64,000 bases of DNA from Candidatus Angelobacter sp. (GTDB lineage: Bacteria; Verrucomicrobiota; Verrucomicrobiia; Limisphaerales; DASXHY01), in NCBI GenBank assembly GCA_035606845.1, contig DATNEA010000047.1, positions 36,933 through 100,932 on the forward strand, read 5' to 3'. The position numbers and the translations under genes were made by a program. This document shows, piece by piece, positions 18,432 through 28,550 of this stretch; position 1 is the stretch's first letter; every line of letters begins with the position of its first letter. The notes beneath the pieces are model-generated. The model saw only the letters and a list, made by a program, of their open reading frames with translations. It did not search any database and was not told the origin of the DNA.

Positions 18432-20758
18432 TGAGAAAATTCCTGTTCCTGTTGACACTCCTATCGCCCGCGCTGCTGGTCTGCCGGCCCGCCCACGCCG
18501 ATGAGGAAATCAATAAAGATTTACGCTTGTGGTACACGCAACCGGCGGACAAATGGACCGATGCTCTGCCGGTCGGCAACGGCCGCCTGGGCGCGATGGT
18601 TTTTGGCGGCCTTCCCGACGAACGCATCCAGTTCAATGAAGACACCCTGTGGAAAGGGTTCCCGCACGATTACGACCGCGCCGGCGCGCACGATCATCTC
18701 GCCCAAATTCGCCAGCTTCTTTTCGACGGCAAAACCAAAGAGGCCATCGATCTGACGCGTTCGACTTTTTTGAGCGATCCCGTTCGGCAAAAAGCCTATC
18801 AGCCGTTCGGCGACCTGCATCTTCATTTTGCCGGCCAGACAAATTTTACGGATTACCGCCGCGAACTGGACCTGGATTCCGCCACCGCCGTCACCACGTA
18901 TCGGCTCGGCGGCGTGCGCTTTGAGCGGGACGTTTTTGCGAGTCATCCCGACAAGGCCATCGTCGTAAGAATCACCGCCAACCACCCGCGCAATGTCAAT
19001 TTCTCGCTCACGATGGACAGCCCGCAAACGAATTCGCAGACGCGCGCAATCGCGCGCGACACCCTCGCCATGACCGGCCAGGTGCAAACCAACGGCCTGC
19101 GGTTCGAATCGCGCGTGCGCATCGCCTGTGACGGTGGCATGGTGAAAACGAATGGCAATGTCCTTGTGGTGAACAACGCCAACTCCGCCACGATCTTCCT
19201 CGTCGCCGCCACCAGCTTCAAAAATTTCCAGGACATCAGCGGCAATCCCGCGAAACGCTGCGCGTCGGATTTAGCCGCAGTGAGCCGCAAATCCTTTGAA
19301 TCGGTGCGCGCCGCACAGCTCGCGGATTTTCGCGCGCTGTTTGAACGCGTGAACCTGAACCTCGGCCACACAGCCCGCGCCGATTTGCCGACGGACCAAC
19401 GGTTGGATGCCGTGAAGCACGATGGCCTGAACGGCGACCCGGCGCTCGCCGCGCTTTATTTCCAATATGGCCGCTACCTGCTCATTTCCAGCAGCCGCCC
19501 CGGCGGACAGCCGGCGAATTTGCAGGGCCTTTGGAACGAAGACCTCAATCCGCCCTGGGAAAGCAAATGGACGCTGAACATCAATTGCGAGATGAACTAC
19601 TGGCCCGCCGAACTTTGCAACCTCAGCAAATGCGCCGAACCGCTCTTCGCCTTGATTGACGACCTGTCCGTCGGCGGCGCGCGGACGGCGCGGGACCAAT
19701 ACGGCGCGCGCGGTTGGGTGGTGCATCACAATACCGATCTCTGGCGCGGCACCGCGCCCATCAACAACATCGATGGCGTCTGGCCCACAGGCGGCGCCTG
19801 GCTCTGCTACCATCTTTGGGAGCATTATCTTTTCACCGGCGACAAACAGTTTCTCGCCCACGCCTACCCCGACATGAAAGGCGCCTCGCTGTTTTTCGTG
19901 GATGACCTCGTCAAGGATCCGAAAACCGGCTGGCTCGTCACGTCACCATCGTTTTCTCCGGAACAGGGAACGCTTTGTTACGGCCCCACCATGGACAACC
20001 AGCTCATTCGTGCGCTGATGAACAGCACCATCGCCGCCGCCGGCATCTTGCACACGGATGAAACCTTTGTCGCGAAACTGAAGAAAGTCCGCGATCAGCT
20101 TCCGCCGAATCAAATCGGCCACTACGGCCAGCTCCAGGAATGGCTCGATGACGTGGACAAGCCGAACAATAACCACCGCCATATGTCGCCGCTATGGGCG
20201 TTGTATCCGGGCGCGGGCATCACGCCGGCGGACGGCAAATTATGGGCTGCCGCAAAACTGCTGCTGAAATGGCGCGGCGCCGGCAGCACCGGTTGGAGTT
20301 TCGCCTGGCGCATTCCTCTTTGGGCACGCGCCGGCGATGGCGACTACGCCTGGCAGCAACTCGAAGGCCTCTTCCAGAAGCGCACATTGCCCAATCTCTT
20401 CGACCTGTGCGGTCCGTTCCAAATCGATGGCAACTTCGGCGCGACCGCCGGCATGGTCGAACTGCTGTTGCAAAGCCAGTGGACCGAGCAACACGATGGC
20501 AACGCGCTGCGCATCGTCAGCCTGTTGCCTTCGCTGCCGAAAGCGTGGCCGAACGGCTCCGTCCGCGGCATTTGCGCTCGCGATGGTTTTGTGGTGGACA
20601 TGACCTGGGAAAATGGCGCGTTGAAACAGGCCGTGATTCACTCGAAGCTCGGCAAGCCGTGCCTGCTCCGTTCCGGCGCTTACGAAACAATTTTGAAAAC
20701 GAAACCCGGCGGACAATACGTCTTCGACGGCAAATTGCAGCCGCAGAATTCCAAATAG
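18428..20758 (+). CDS. GH95 alpha-L-fucosidase/alpha-L-galactosidase
   Basis: Signal peptide MMRKFLFLLTLLSPALLVCRPAHA. LWYTQPADKWTDALPVGNGRLGAMVFGG...ERIQFNEDTLW is the GH95 N-terminal signature. NINCEMNYWPAE is also present. Confidence 0.85.
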   Translation: MMRKFLFLLTLLSPALLVCRPAHADEEINKDLRLWYTQPADKWTDALPVGNGRLGAMVFGGLPDERIQFNEDTLWKGFPHDYDRAGAHDHLAQIRQLLFDGKTKEAIDLTRSTFLSDPVRQKAYQPFGDLHLHFAGQTNFTDYRRELDLDSATAVTTYRLGGVRFERDVFASHPDKAIVVRITANHPRNVNFSLTMDSPQTNSQTRAIARDTLAMTGQVQTNGLRFESRVRIACDGGMVKTNGNVLVVNNANSATIFLVAATSFKNFQDISGNPAKRCASDLAAVSRKSFESVRAAQLADFRALFERVNLNLGHTARADLPTDQRLDAVKHDGLNGDPALAALYFQYGRYLLISSSRPGGQPANLQGLWNEDLNPPWESKWTLNINCEMNYWPAELCNLSKCAEPLFALIDDLSVGGARTARDQYGARGWVVHHNTDLWRGTAPINNIDGVWPTGGAWLCYHLWEHYLFTGDKQFLAHAYPDMKGASLFFVDDLVKDPKTGWLVTSPSFSPEQGTLCYGPTMDNQLIRALMNSTIAAAGILHTDETFVAKLKKVRDQLPPNQIGHYGQLQEWLDDVDKPNNNHRHMSPLWALYPGAGITPADGKLWAAAKLLLKWRGAGSTGWSFAWRIPLWARAGDGDYAWQQLEGLFQKRTLPNLFDLCGPFQIDGNFGATAGMVELLLQSQWTEQHDGNALRIVSLLPSLPKAWPNGSVRGICARDGFVVDMTWENGALKQAVIHSKLGKPCLLRSGAYETILKTKPGGQYVFDGKLQPQNSK

Positions 20759-20765
20759 TTACGCA

Positions 20766-21986
20766 ATGCGCCGCAAATTTCCATTTATTTTCGTCGTCCT
20801 TTTTCTCGCCGCATTTTCAATCTCATCCGCGGCTCAGCCGGCGTCGCCATACAAAAGCGAATGGTTAAGCACTGCCATCGGAAAGCGGGCCGCAATGACT
20901 GTGCTCAAGCCAAAGGATTTCAACGCAAACCGGCCAACGGCTCTCATTATTTATCTGGAAAATCTCGCCGCGCCGCGCGTCGGGACGGATCCGGACGGCG
21001 CCATCATTCACGATTTTCTGAACAACGGTTATTTGGTGGCCACGCTGGACTATGCCCGCGATCCCAAGGCCCGGTTGCCATTCATCAACCGTGACATTTA
21101 CGAATTGCGAAACGAAGTGCTTCACAAGACGTTCGTGCCCGGACTGGATATTGATCTCGCGCATGTTTTTATCATCCCCGCCGGTCATCGCTTGCTTCGC
21201 GACGTCGTGTTCTATCGCGACCCTGACCGCACCCTCGCGATGGACATCGTTTACCCCTCGCGCCCGCAACATCCCGTGGGCGCGGTAATTGAGTTCTCCT
21301 GTGACAACGTGAATCGCATGGGTGATGCTTCGCTCTCGATTTGCAGCGATACGATTCTCGACGCTGAAGCGACCGAAGGATTTGCCACCGTCATGGCGGA
21401 CCATCCAGTCAAGGCGCCTTACAAAGGCCTGGACCCGATGCCCGATTGCGCCTGGAAAATAAAAGCCGCCGTACGCACCCTGCGCGCGGAGGGTGCCATG
21501 CTCGGATTGAGCGGGAAAATCGCGCCGGTCGGTTTTTCGCGCGGCAGCGGCATGGCCTTGATGCTGGTCACCACGAAAGGCATGGAGGAATTCGACGGAC
21601 ACGGCGCAAATACGAACGTCGCCAGTGACGTTCAGGGTGCGGTCGTGATGTCCGGCCGCTTCAGCTATCTCGATTTGCTGCCGAAAGACCACATGCTGCC
21701 ACGCTATGCCCTCGCCTGGGGCGATCGCGCCAATCATCTCGACGTCTGGCGCCGCGAAGGCGCGCTGGATTATTTGTCCGACGCCACACTTCCTCTATTT
21801 TTGACCATCAATTGCTCCGAAGGCGCCGACGCCCGGCATCAAATGATTCTGTTGCGGAAACGCCTGGCCGAACTTGGCAATGATGAGATTTTCATGATGG
21901 ACCGCGAACCGCGCGGACACAAAGTCACTTTGGTTCCTGAAATTCTGACGGCCATGGATGCCTACCTGAAATCAAGATTGAACTAA
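20766..21986 (+). CDS. Secreted alpha/beta-hydrolase, putative carbohydrate esterase
   Basis: Signal peptide present. The nucleophile-elbow-like motif G-F-S-R-G sits in PVGFSRGSGMAL. Lies 8 nt after the GH95 stop. Confidence 0.5.
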   Translation: MRRKFPFIFVVLFLAAFSISSAAQPASPYKSEWLSTAIGKRAAMTVLKPKDFNANRPTALIIYLENLAAPRVGTDPDGAIIHDFLNNGYLVATLDYARDPKARLPFINRDIYELRNEVLHKTFVPGLDIDLAHVFIIPAGHRLLRDVVFYRDPDRTLAMDIVYPSRPQHPVGAVIEFSCDNVNRMGDASLSICSDTILDAEATEGFATVMADHPVKAPYKGLDPMPDCAWKIKAAVRTLRAEGAMLGLSGKIAPVGFSRGSGMALMLVTTKGMEEFDGHGANTNVASDVQGAVVMSGRFSYLDLLPKDHMLPRYALAWGDRANHLDVWRREGALDYLSDATLPLFLTINCSEGADARHQMILLRKRLAELGNDEIFMMDREPRGHKVTLVPEILTAMDAYLKSRLN

Positions 21987-21989
21987 CTC

Positions 21990-23147
21990 ATGACTCGCAT
22001 GTTCATTAAATCAGCTCGCACCGTTTTTGCCCTGGTCACGCTGCTACTCGTGTTTGCCTCCGCGCATTCAACCTTCGCAGCCGAACTGGACCGTCAAATT
22101 GTTCCCGCCAAACCGGAAGGCCGCCTCGTCGATCAGGAGGTCATGCAAAAAATCTACGACGAGGTAAAAACACCTTTCAAATACGGCGTCGTTCTCCAAC
22201 GCGACGGCACGAACGAAATGATCGACTGCCCCAGCGTTTTTCGTTTCGGCGAACGTTGGTGCATGATGTATGTCGCCATCACGAATAAGGTCGGTTACCA
22301 AACCTTCCTCGCCAACAGTGACGATCTCCTGCACTGGACGAAACTCGGCACGATTCTTCCGTTCAGCCAAACCAATTGGGACGCGTGGCAGGCGGATGCC
22401 GGGATCGCGCTCGCGGATTATCACTGGAACGGCTCGCATGAACTGGAACAATACGATGGCAAATACTGGCTCTCCTACATTGGCGGCTCGAAACAGGGTT
22501 ACGAGACCGATCCCCTTTCCATCGGCATCGCCTGGACGCGCGACCCGGGCTCGCCGAGACCCTGGAATCGCCTGCCCGAAAACCCGGTACTCTCGCCCAA
22601 ACAACCTGACGCCCGCAATTTCGAAACCAAAACACTCTACAAAAGCCAGATCATTCACGATGAAGCCGCCTCGCTCGGCTGGCCGTTCGTGATGTATTAC
22701 AACGCCAAATACAAAAACGGCTTCGAACAAATCGGCATGGCCGTTTCGCGCGACATGGCGAACTGGCAGCGCTACGGGACCAATTCAGTTGTGGTAAACG
22801 GCGAAGCCAAAAAGAACGGCATCAGCGGCGATCCGCAAATCGTGAAAATCGGCGACGTGTGGGTGATGTTTTATTTCGGCGCCGGCTGGCAACCGCACGC
22901 GTTCGACACCTTCGCCTGCTCCTATGATCTGGTTCACTGGACCAAATGGACCGGCCCCAATCTCATCCAACCCAGCGAACCCTTCGACAAAACCTACGCT
23001 CACAAACCGTGGGTGCTGAAATACAAGGGCGTGGTGTACCATTTCTATTGCGCCGTCGGAACTGAAGGCCGCGTTATTGCGTTGGCAACATCGGTTGATT
23101 TGAAAAATCCCGCCACGAGAGACAATTCGGCGGACACTGGAAAGTGA
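21990..23147 (+). CDS. Five-bladed beta-propeller glycosidase-like protein (GH43/GH130-like superfamily)
   Basis: Signal peptide present. Repeated W/Y-rich blade pattern (KYWLSYIGG, FVMYYNA, VWVMFYFG, VVYHFYCA). The exact family cannot be assigned by eye. Confidence 0.5.
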   Translation: MTRMFIKSARTVFALVTLLLVFASAHSTFAAELDRQIVPAKPEGRLVDQEVMQKIYDEVKTPFKYGVVLQRDGTNEMIDCPSVFRFGERWCMMYVAITNKVGYQTFLANSDDLLHWTKLGTILPFSQTNWDAWQADAGIALADYHWNGSHELEQYDGKYWLSYIGGSKQGYETDPLSIGIAWTRDPGSPRPWNRLPENPVLSPKQPDARNFETKTLYKSQIIHDEAASLGWPFVMYYNAKYKNGFEQIGMAVSRDMANWQRYGTNSVVVNGEAKKNGISGDPQIVKIGDVWVMFYFGAGWQPHAFDTFACSYDLVHWTKWTGPNLIQPSEPFDKTYAHKPWVLKYKGVVYHFYCAVGTEGRVIALATSVDLKNPATRDNSADTGK

Positions 23148-23195
23148 TCTGACCTGAATTAAGACCGTAAACAAAGTGAGACTTCTTGCCGCGGT

Positions 23196-23267
23196 GGTAG
23201 AGCGCGTCGCTCCGCGCGCGCCGCAAAACCGGGCAACAACGGCGCGCACGGAGTGGCGCGCCCTACC
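23196..23267. repeat. Inverted pair of 28-nt GC-rich repeat (GGTAGRGCGCGTCGCTCCGCGCGCGCCG); candidate bidirectional terminator
   Basis: Arms at 23196-23223 and 23240-23267 form a 28-bp stem (2 mismatches, 2 G-U) with a 16-nt loop. The pair lies between convergent genes. Confidence 0.75.
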
Positions 23268-23290
23268 ATCAAAATGCATTTTGTTAACGT

Positions 23291-24862
23291 CTAAGTCTCC
23301 AGTCCTTCGATCTTCAAAACACAGCCGAAATCGCAGGGCCTTTCCTGTGGCAATTCCAGCGCGAGCCCGCTCGCACCGTGCTTCCACAGCACCTTGCCGC
23401 GGCTCCCGAACAGCTTCAGGTGCTGAATTTTGCCAGCCACATAAGGTCGGCTGGTGGCCAGCGCCGGAATCACTAACTTCCCCTGCTCCGGCCAGCCCAT
23501 GAAAAATGCGTAAAGAATTTTCCCCTTGGTCGTGAATCGCACGTCCTCAAACGTGAAATCCTTCCGGTTGCTCTCATTATATTTCTGGCCAGGCGCGGGT
23601 TTTACAATATCCGGGCCTTCACCGAAAATTTTCCACGGGCGCGTGCCGTGAATCGCCTCGCTGTTCATGTCCATCCAGCTCGTGATGGCTGCGAGAATTT
23701 TTTGTTCCTTGGCATCGAGGGCACCGTGCGTATTTAGCGGAAAATTCAGCAGCAGATTTCCGTTCCGGCTCACCACGTCCACCAGCATGTCGATGACGCG
23801 TTTCGGCGTCTTGTATTGCACGTTGCGATCGTAATGCCAATGGCCCACGCACGTGTCCGTCTGCCACGGCTGCGGCCAGATGCCGTCCACCACGCCGCGT
23901 TCCTTGTCGAAAACGCACATGCCCGCATCCGAATCCGACTGGCGTTTGCTCGTGTAAACGCCTTCCATTTTCCCGCCGTGTAGCTTGAGGATTTGATTAT
24001 AAAAATGCGCCACGAGATTCAACCCCCAGCTTTCAAACGGAATCTGCCCGTCGCTGTAAAGCACATCCGGCTCGCTCTGGTTCACCAGGTCCTGGATGCG
24101 CATGAACCATTCGCGTTTCCAGGAATCAGGAATCCCGTCCTCGTCCCACGGCAATTCGCGATAGATTTTTTGGCAATCACCGTAAAGATCGTTGAACGCC
24201 GGGTCAGCGCCATCGTAAGGCACCCCGGCGAGCGGACCGGTCTTATCGCTGCCATGCGCGACCGACATCCATTTATACGCCATCCACAAATGATCGCTCA
24301 CGCCGAACTTCAGCCCGTGCCGGCGCGCCGCGCGGCGAAACAGGCCGACCACATCGCGCCGGATGCCCATTTTCGCGGCGTTCCAACGCTGATATTTCGA
24401 ATCCCACATGTCGAAATTATCCACGTGCACGCCCATGCTCATGAAATATTTCGCGCCGGCTTTTTTGTAGAGGCCAACCAGGTGCTCGGGATCAAACTCC
24501 TCGCCCTTCCACGTTGGAATGATGTCCTTGTAGCCGGACTTGCTCGGGTGCCCGTAACGCGCCAGGTGGTCCTTGTATTGCCTCGTGCCCTGGAGATAAA
24601 GATTGCGCGCATACCAATCGCCATCCTCCGGCGCCGACTGCGGCCCCCAATGCGCCCAGATGCCGAACTTTGCGTCACGAAACCACTCCGGGCAACGATA
24701 CGCCGCGAGCGATTCCCTGGTGCCGGCGAACGGCCCCGGAAAAATTTTCGGCGCATCAGCCGCCGGCGCGATTTCCGCTCCGCGCAATCGCGGCAACATC
24801 ATTCCGGCTCCCGCGCACGCCAGCAATTTGAGCGCTTCACGACGATTCAAGGTGGCTTTCAT
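23291..24862 (-). CDS. GH29 alpha-L-fucosidase (Tat-type signal)
   Basis: Start at ATG 24862, giving MKATLNRREALKLLACAGAG (twin-Arg-like). Motifs WFRDAKFGIWAHWGPQS and AGAKYFMSMGVHVDNFDMWDS are present. Confidence 0.85.
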   Translation of the reverse strand: MKATLNRREALKLLACAGAGMMLPRLRGAEIAPAADAPKIFPGPFAGTRESLAAYRCPEWFRDAKFGIWAHWGPQSAPEDGDWYARNLYLQGTRQYKDHLARYGHPSKSGYKDIIPTWKGEEFDPEHLVGLYKKAGAKYFMSMGVHVDNFDMWDSKYQRWNAAKMGIRRDVVGLFRRAARRHGLKFGVSDHLWMAYKWMSVAHGSDKTGPLAGVPYDGADPAFNDLYGDCQKIYRELPWDEDGIPDSWKREWFMRIQDLVNQSEPDVLYSDGQIPFESWGLNLVAHFYNQILKLHGGKMEGVYTSKRQSDSDAGMCVFDKERGVVDGIWPQPWQTDTCVGHWHYDRNVQYKTPKRVIDMLVDVVSRNGNLLLNFPLNTHGALDAKEQKILAAITSWMDMNSEAIHGTRPWKIFGEGPDIVKPAPGQKYNESNRKDFTFEDVRFTTKGKILYAFFMGWPEQGKLVIPALATSRPYVAGKIQHLKLFGSRGKVLWKHGASGLALELPQERPCDFGCVLKIEGLET

Positions 24863-25004
24863 TCGCACTGCAATCTTAAGGCTATTACTTTGAAAAAGTT
24901 GCGTCCAACAATTCTCCATTCACGGGTTGTTTTTTCTGACAAATCATTTGCCAGAAATGCGAACGGGTTTGCCTCGCCTCAATCCCCTGTTTACAGTCGG
25001 CCCT

Positions 25005-27638
25005 ATGTCGCGAACCAAGTTGTTTTGCATTTTGATGATGCTTGGCCTGGCGCGACTCTGCTTGGGAGAAACGGCTCCTTCACCACGCGAACGCATTTCC
25101 TTCAACGATAATTGGCGATTCACGCACGGAGATCCCGCCGGCATCGGTGACGAGTTAAGCCATACCAATCTCGCCAAATGGATTGAATGCACCGGCGCCG
25201 AATTTTCGACAAGTCCGCCCGCCGAAAAGCCGCCCGGCGAGCCTGGAACGAACGTCTCTTTCGTTCAGCCTACGTTTGACGACCACGATTGGCGCCGGTT
25301 GAATCTGCCGCATGATTGGGCCATTGAAGGCCCCTGCCTGCAAAAATACGCCGGTGAAACCGCAAAGCTGAAATATTGGGGACCCGTTTGGTATCGCAAG
25401 CATTTCGACATCCCGGCGCAGGATTCCGGGAAAAAAATCTTTCTCGATATTGATGGCGCGATGTCCTGTTCCGAAATCTGGCTCAACGGCCATTTCGTCG
25501 GCGGCTGGCCTTACGGTTACACCTCCTTCGAACTCGACCTCTCTCCGTTCATCAACTTCGGCAGCGAAAACGTGCTCGCCATCCGGCTCGACAGCCCGCC
25601 CGATTCCTCCCGTTGGTATCCTGGCGCGGGAATTTATCGCAATGTTTGGCTCGTCAAAACCGCGCCGGTCCATATCACTCACGACGGCACGTTTGTCACC
25701 ACTCCAAACATCACGAGCTCTGTGGCTGACGTCCAAATCGTCGCAAATGTAATCAACCAATCCAGCAGTACCGAACCTGTCTCGGTCAAAAATGAAATCT
25801 ATCGCCTCAAGGAAAACGGGCAAAGAGGAAGCTCCGTCGCTTCCCTCGCCACCACCGATTTAAACATCGCCGCCGGTTGCAAGACCAACAGCACTTTTCA
25901 TATTCTCATCAAGCATCCGATGCTCTGGAGCGTATCCCAACCAAATCGTTACCTCGTCGTCACTTCCATCGAGCAACAGGGAAAGGTTCTGGATCGCTAC
26001 GAAACTCCCTTTGGCATTCGCTCCATTGAATTCACCGTGACCAACGGTTTTTTGCTCAATGGCCAGCGCCTGCAAATCCACGGCGTGTGTCTCCACGACG
26101 ATCTCGGCCCGCTCGGCATGGCGTTCAATCTCCGCGCGCGTGAACGCCAGCTCGAACTGCTCCGCACCATGGGCTGCAATGCCATCCGCACCAGCCACAA
26201 TCCGCCCGCGCCCGAGTTGTTGGAATTGTGCGACCGCATGGGATTCGTCGTCATGGCCGAAGCCTTCGATTGCTGGGCCGAAGCCAAGCGGCCCGGCGAT
26301 TATCATCTGTTCTTTCCCGACTGGCACGAGAAGGACTTGCGCGCGTTCATCCGGCGCGATCGGAATCATCCCTGTGTCGTGCTCTGGAGCATCGGCAATG
26401 AAGTTTACGAGCAGCACGACGCCGACGGTTGGAAGCTTGGCCGGCAACTCGCCGACATTGTCCGCCAGGAAGATCGCACGCGCCCCGTCACCATGGCGCT
26501 CCACACGGTCGCATCCAGCACCAACGGATTCCAAAACGTCGTCGATGTCTTCGGCTACAATTATAAACCGACGGAATACGCCGCCTTCCGCAAAAATAAT
26601 CCCGACGTTCCGCTTATCGGCAGCGAAACCAGTTCCTGCGTCAGCTCGCGCGGCGAATATTTTTTCCCATTCCGCGACGACCGGAAATCCGGCCGCGCCG
26701 ATTTTCAAACAACCTCCTATGACGTCGCGGCGCCCGCGTGGGCTTACAAGCCGGACGTGGAATTCAAAGGCCAGGACGAAAATCCATTCGTCGCCGGCGA
26801 GTTCGTCTGGACCGGCTTCGATTACCTCGGCGAACCGACGCCTTACGACCACGACACCACCAACCGCCTGCTGTTCACCGATCCGCAAGTCCAGGCGAAA
26901 TGGGATGCGGTGCTGAAAAAGGGCGGCAAGATCGAAGTGCCCTCGCGCAGCTCCTATTTCGGCATCTTCGACCTGTGCGGTTTCCGGAAGGATCGGTTCT
27001 ATTTGTATCAGTCGCGCTGGATGCCCGATTTGCCGATGGCTCACATCGTGCCGCAAAATTGGAACTGGCCGGATCGCATCGGCAAAATCACACCGGTTCA
27101 TGTCTACACTTCCGGCGACAGCGCCGAGTTGTTTCTCAACGGCAAATCTCTCGGTGTAAAAAAGAAAGGGCCGTTTGAATACCGGCTTTGCTGGGACGAT
27201 GTTCCCTACGAACCCGGAACTCTCAAAGTCGTAGCCAGAAAAAACGGAAAGCGATGGGCCACGGAGGTCGTGAAAACCACCGGCCCGGCGGCCAAGCTCG
27301 CATTGAAAGCTGACCGCAATTCGATTCGCGCCGACGCCAAAGACCTCGCGTTCGTAACGCTGACCGTCGAAGACAAAAACGGCCGGATGGCGCCCGACGC
27401 GATGAATAAAATCCAATTCAGCATTGAAGGCGCCGGTGAAATCCTTGCCACCGGAAACGGCGATGCCACCAGCCACGTGTCATTTCAATCAAAAGAGCTC
27501 AATGCCTTCAACGGCCTCTGCCTCGCCATCGTGCGCGCCAGCCCTGGCGAGACCGGAAAAATCACCATCAAAGCCCAATCCGACGGATTGATTCCCGCGA
27601 AGCTGACCATCCACAGTTCGAACCGCCGCAAGTGGTAG
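25005..27638 (+). CDS. GH2 glycoside hydrolase (beta-galactosidase/beta-glucuronidase-like)
   Basis: Signal peptide from ATG 25005. Motifs FNDNWRF, IRTSHNPP and NHPCVVLWSIGNE (acid/base region) are present, with C-terminal Ig-like domains. Confidence 0.85.
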   Translation: MSRTKLFCILMMLGLARLCLGETAPSPRERISFNDNWRFTHGDPAGIGDELSHTNLAKWIECTGAEFSTSPPAEKPPGEPGTNVSFVQPTFDDHDWRRLNLPHDWAIEGPCLQKYAGETAKLKYWGPVWYRKHFDIPAQDSGKKIFLDIDGAMSCSEIWLNGHFVGGWPYGYTSFELDLSPFINFGSENVLAIRLDSPPDSSRWYPGAGIYRNVWLVKTAPVHITHDGTFVTTPNITSSVADVQIVANVINQSSSTEPVSVKNEIYRLKENGQRGSSVASLATTDLNIAAGCKTNSTFHILIKHPMLWSVSQPNRYLVVTSIEQQGKVLDRYETPFGIRSIEFTVTNGFLLNGQRLQIHGVCLHDDLGPLGMAFNLRARERQLELLRTMGCNAIRTSHNPPAPELLELCDRMGFVVMAEAFDCWAEAKRPGDYHLFFPDWHEKDLRAFIRRDRNHPCVVLWSIGNEVYEQHDADGWKLGRQLADIVRQEDRTRPVTMALHTVASSTNGFQNVVDVFGYNYKPTEYAAFRKNNPDVPLIGSETSSCVSSRGEYFFPFRDDRKSGRADFQTTSYDVAAPAWAYKPDVEFKGQDENPFVAGEFVWTGFDYLGEPTPYDHDTTNRLLFTDPQVQAKWDAVLKKGGKIEVPSRSSYFGIFDLCGFRKDRFYLYQSRWMPDLPMAHIVPQNWNWPDRIGKITPVHVYTSGDSAELFLNGKSLGVKKKGPFEYRLCWDDVPYEPGTLKVVARKNGKRWATEVVKTTGPAAKLALKADRNSIRADAKDLAFVTLTVEDKNGRMAPDAMNKIQFSIEGAGEILATGNGDATSHVSFQSKELNAFNGLCLAIVRASPGETGKITIKAQSDGLIPAKLTIHSSNRRKW

Positions 27639-27661
27639 TGCGCCTCGCTCCGCGCGCGCCG
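27634..27661 (+). repeat. Single copy of the 28-nt GC-rich repeat
   Basis: GGTAGTGCGCCTCGCTCCGCGCGCGCCG matches the arm at 23196 at 26/28 positions. It overlaps the GH2 stop codon and lies between convergent genes. Confidence 0.75.
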
Positions 27662-27665
27662 CTCT

Positions 27666-28433
27666 CTATTTCTTGTCCTCGGCCGCCGCTTTCGCCGCTT
27701 TCTTCGCCGCCGCTTCCGCCTTTTGCTTGGCCACGAAATCCCGATAGGACTGTTTCACATCATACCCTTGCGAGGTCAAATAAGCTTCAATCTTGATTTT
27801 ATATTTTTTAAAGAACGCGGATTTTTCGTTCATGCTCCCCGCGTTGATCGCCTCCTCGCGCGCGGCCTTGAGATTTTTGAGGATGAACGCCTTTTGCGCA
27901 TCGGTCAGTCCGTGGAAAATCTGCTGATAAGCATTGTAAGTGACCTCCACTTTCTTAACCGTCAACACATCCTTCACCGTCTCCACCTGCTCCGGCGTCA
28001 GCACGGTTCCCAGCTCGGACAAGAATCTGTCGTGCTCCGGCCTGAACGAAGCATACACGCCATCGATCTTCTCCAGCGCGAGATTCGCAATCGCCTCATT
28101 CTTTTTGGAGCGCGCCTGGTTGAAATCCTTCCACAACGCCTTGATTTGCGCGTCGTTTTGCTGATGCCATGCATCCAGCGCCTTTGTGTAGTCCCAGACA
28201 ATGTCCCGCACCTTCGCTTCCTTCGCGGCATCGTCCAGCTTCAAGGCTTTCAACACCGGCCTCGTGTGTTTCTCGATGGTGTGCTGTTCCTGGTCAACCG
28301 CCTTGGGCTGCGTCGCGGCACTGGTTTGGGCGCTGATGGAACACAAATTGCCAGCCAAAATAAAGGCCGCCAGCGCGCATATAAGGGATACTTTCACGCC
28401 AGAAATGGGAACGGCTTGGCAAACCTTAGTCAA
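27666..28433 (-). CDS. DUF3826 domain protein, second paralogue
   Basis: Motifs LDAWHQQNDAQIKAL, TPEQVETVKDVLTVKKVEVTY and FKKYKIKIEAYLTSQGYD align with the protein at 7043..7669. The C-terminal tail is Lys/Ala-rich. Confidence 0.7.
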   Translation of the reverse strand: MTKVCQAVPISGVKVSLICALAAFILAGNLCSISAQTSAATQPKAVDQEQHTIEKHTRPVLKALKLDDAAKEAKVRDIVWDYTKALDAWHQQNDAQIKALWKDFNQARSKKNEAIANLALEKIDGVYASFRPEHDRFLSELGTVLTPEQVETVKDVLTVKKVEVTYNAYQQIFHGLTDAQKAFILKNLKAAREEAINAGSMNEKSAFFKKYKIKIEAYLTSQGYDVKQSYRDFVAKQKAEAAAKKAAKAAAEDKK

Positions 28434-28550
28434 GGCTCAAATATGAGTAGACAACTAAAACGACAGGCTTTCTCGACCAAACTGAAACCCGAAAATAAAA
28501 TTCTGCGTCTGGATTCTTTTGACCCGACAAACTCGCAATCACACGAACCC

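Noticed and set aside
27723-28550. N-terminal 276 codons of the 710-aa track ORF 27723..29855, upstream of the PL22 lyase.
   Set aside because: This part runs antisense through the whole DUF3826 gene. The lyase homology and a signal peptide begin at ATG 28551, so the extension is spurious.
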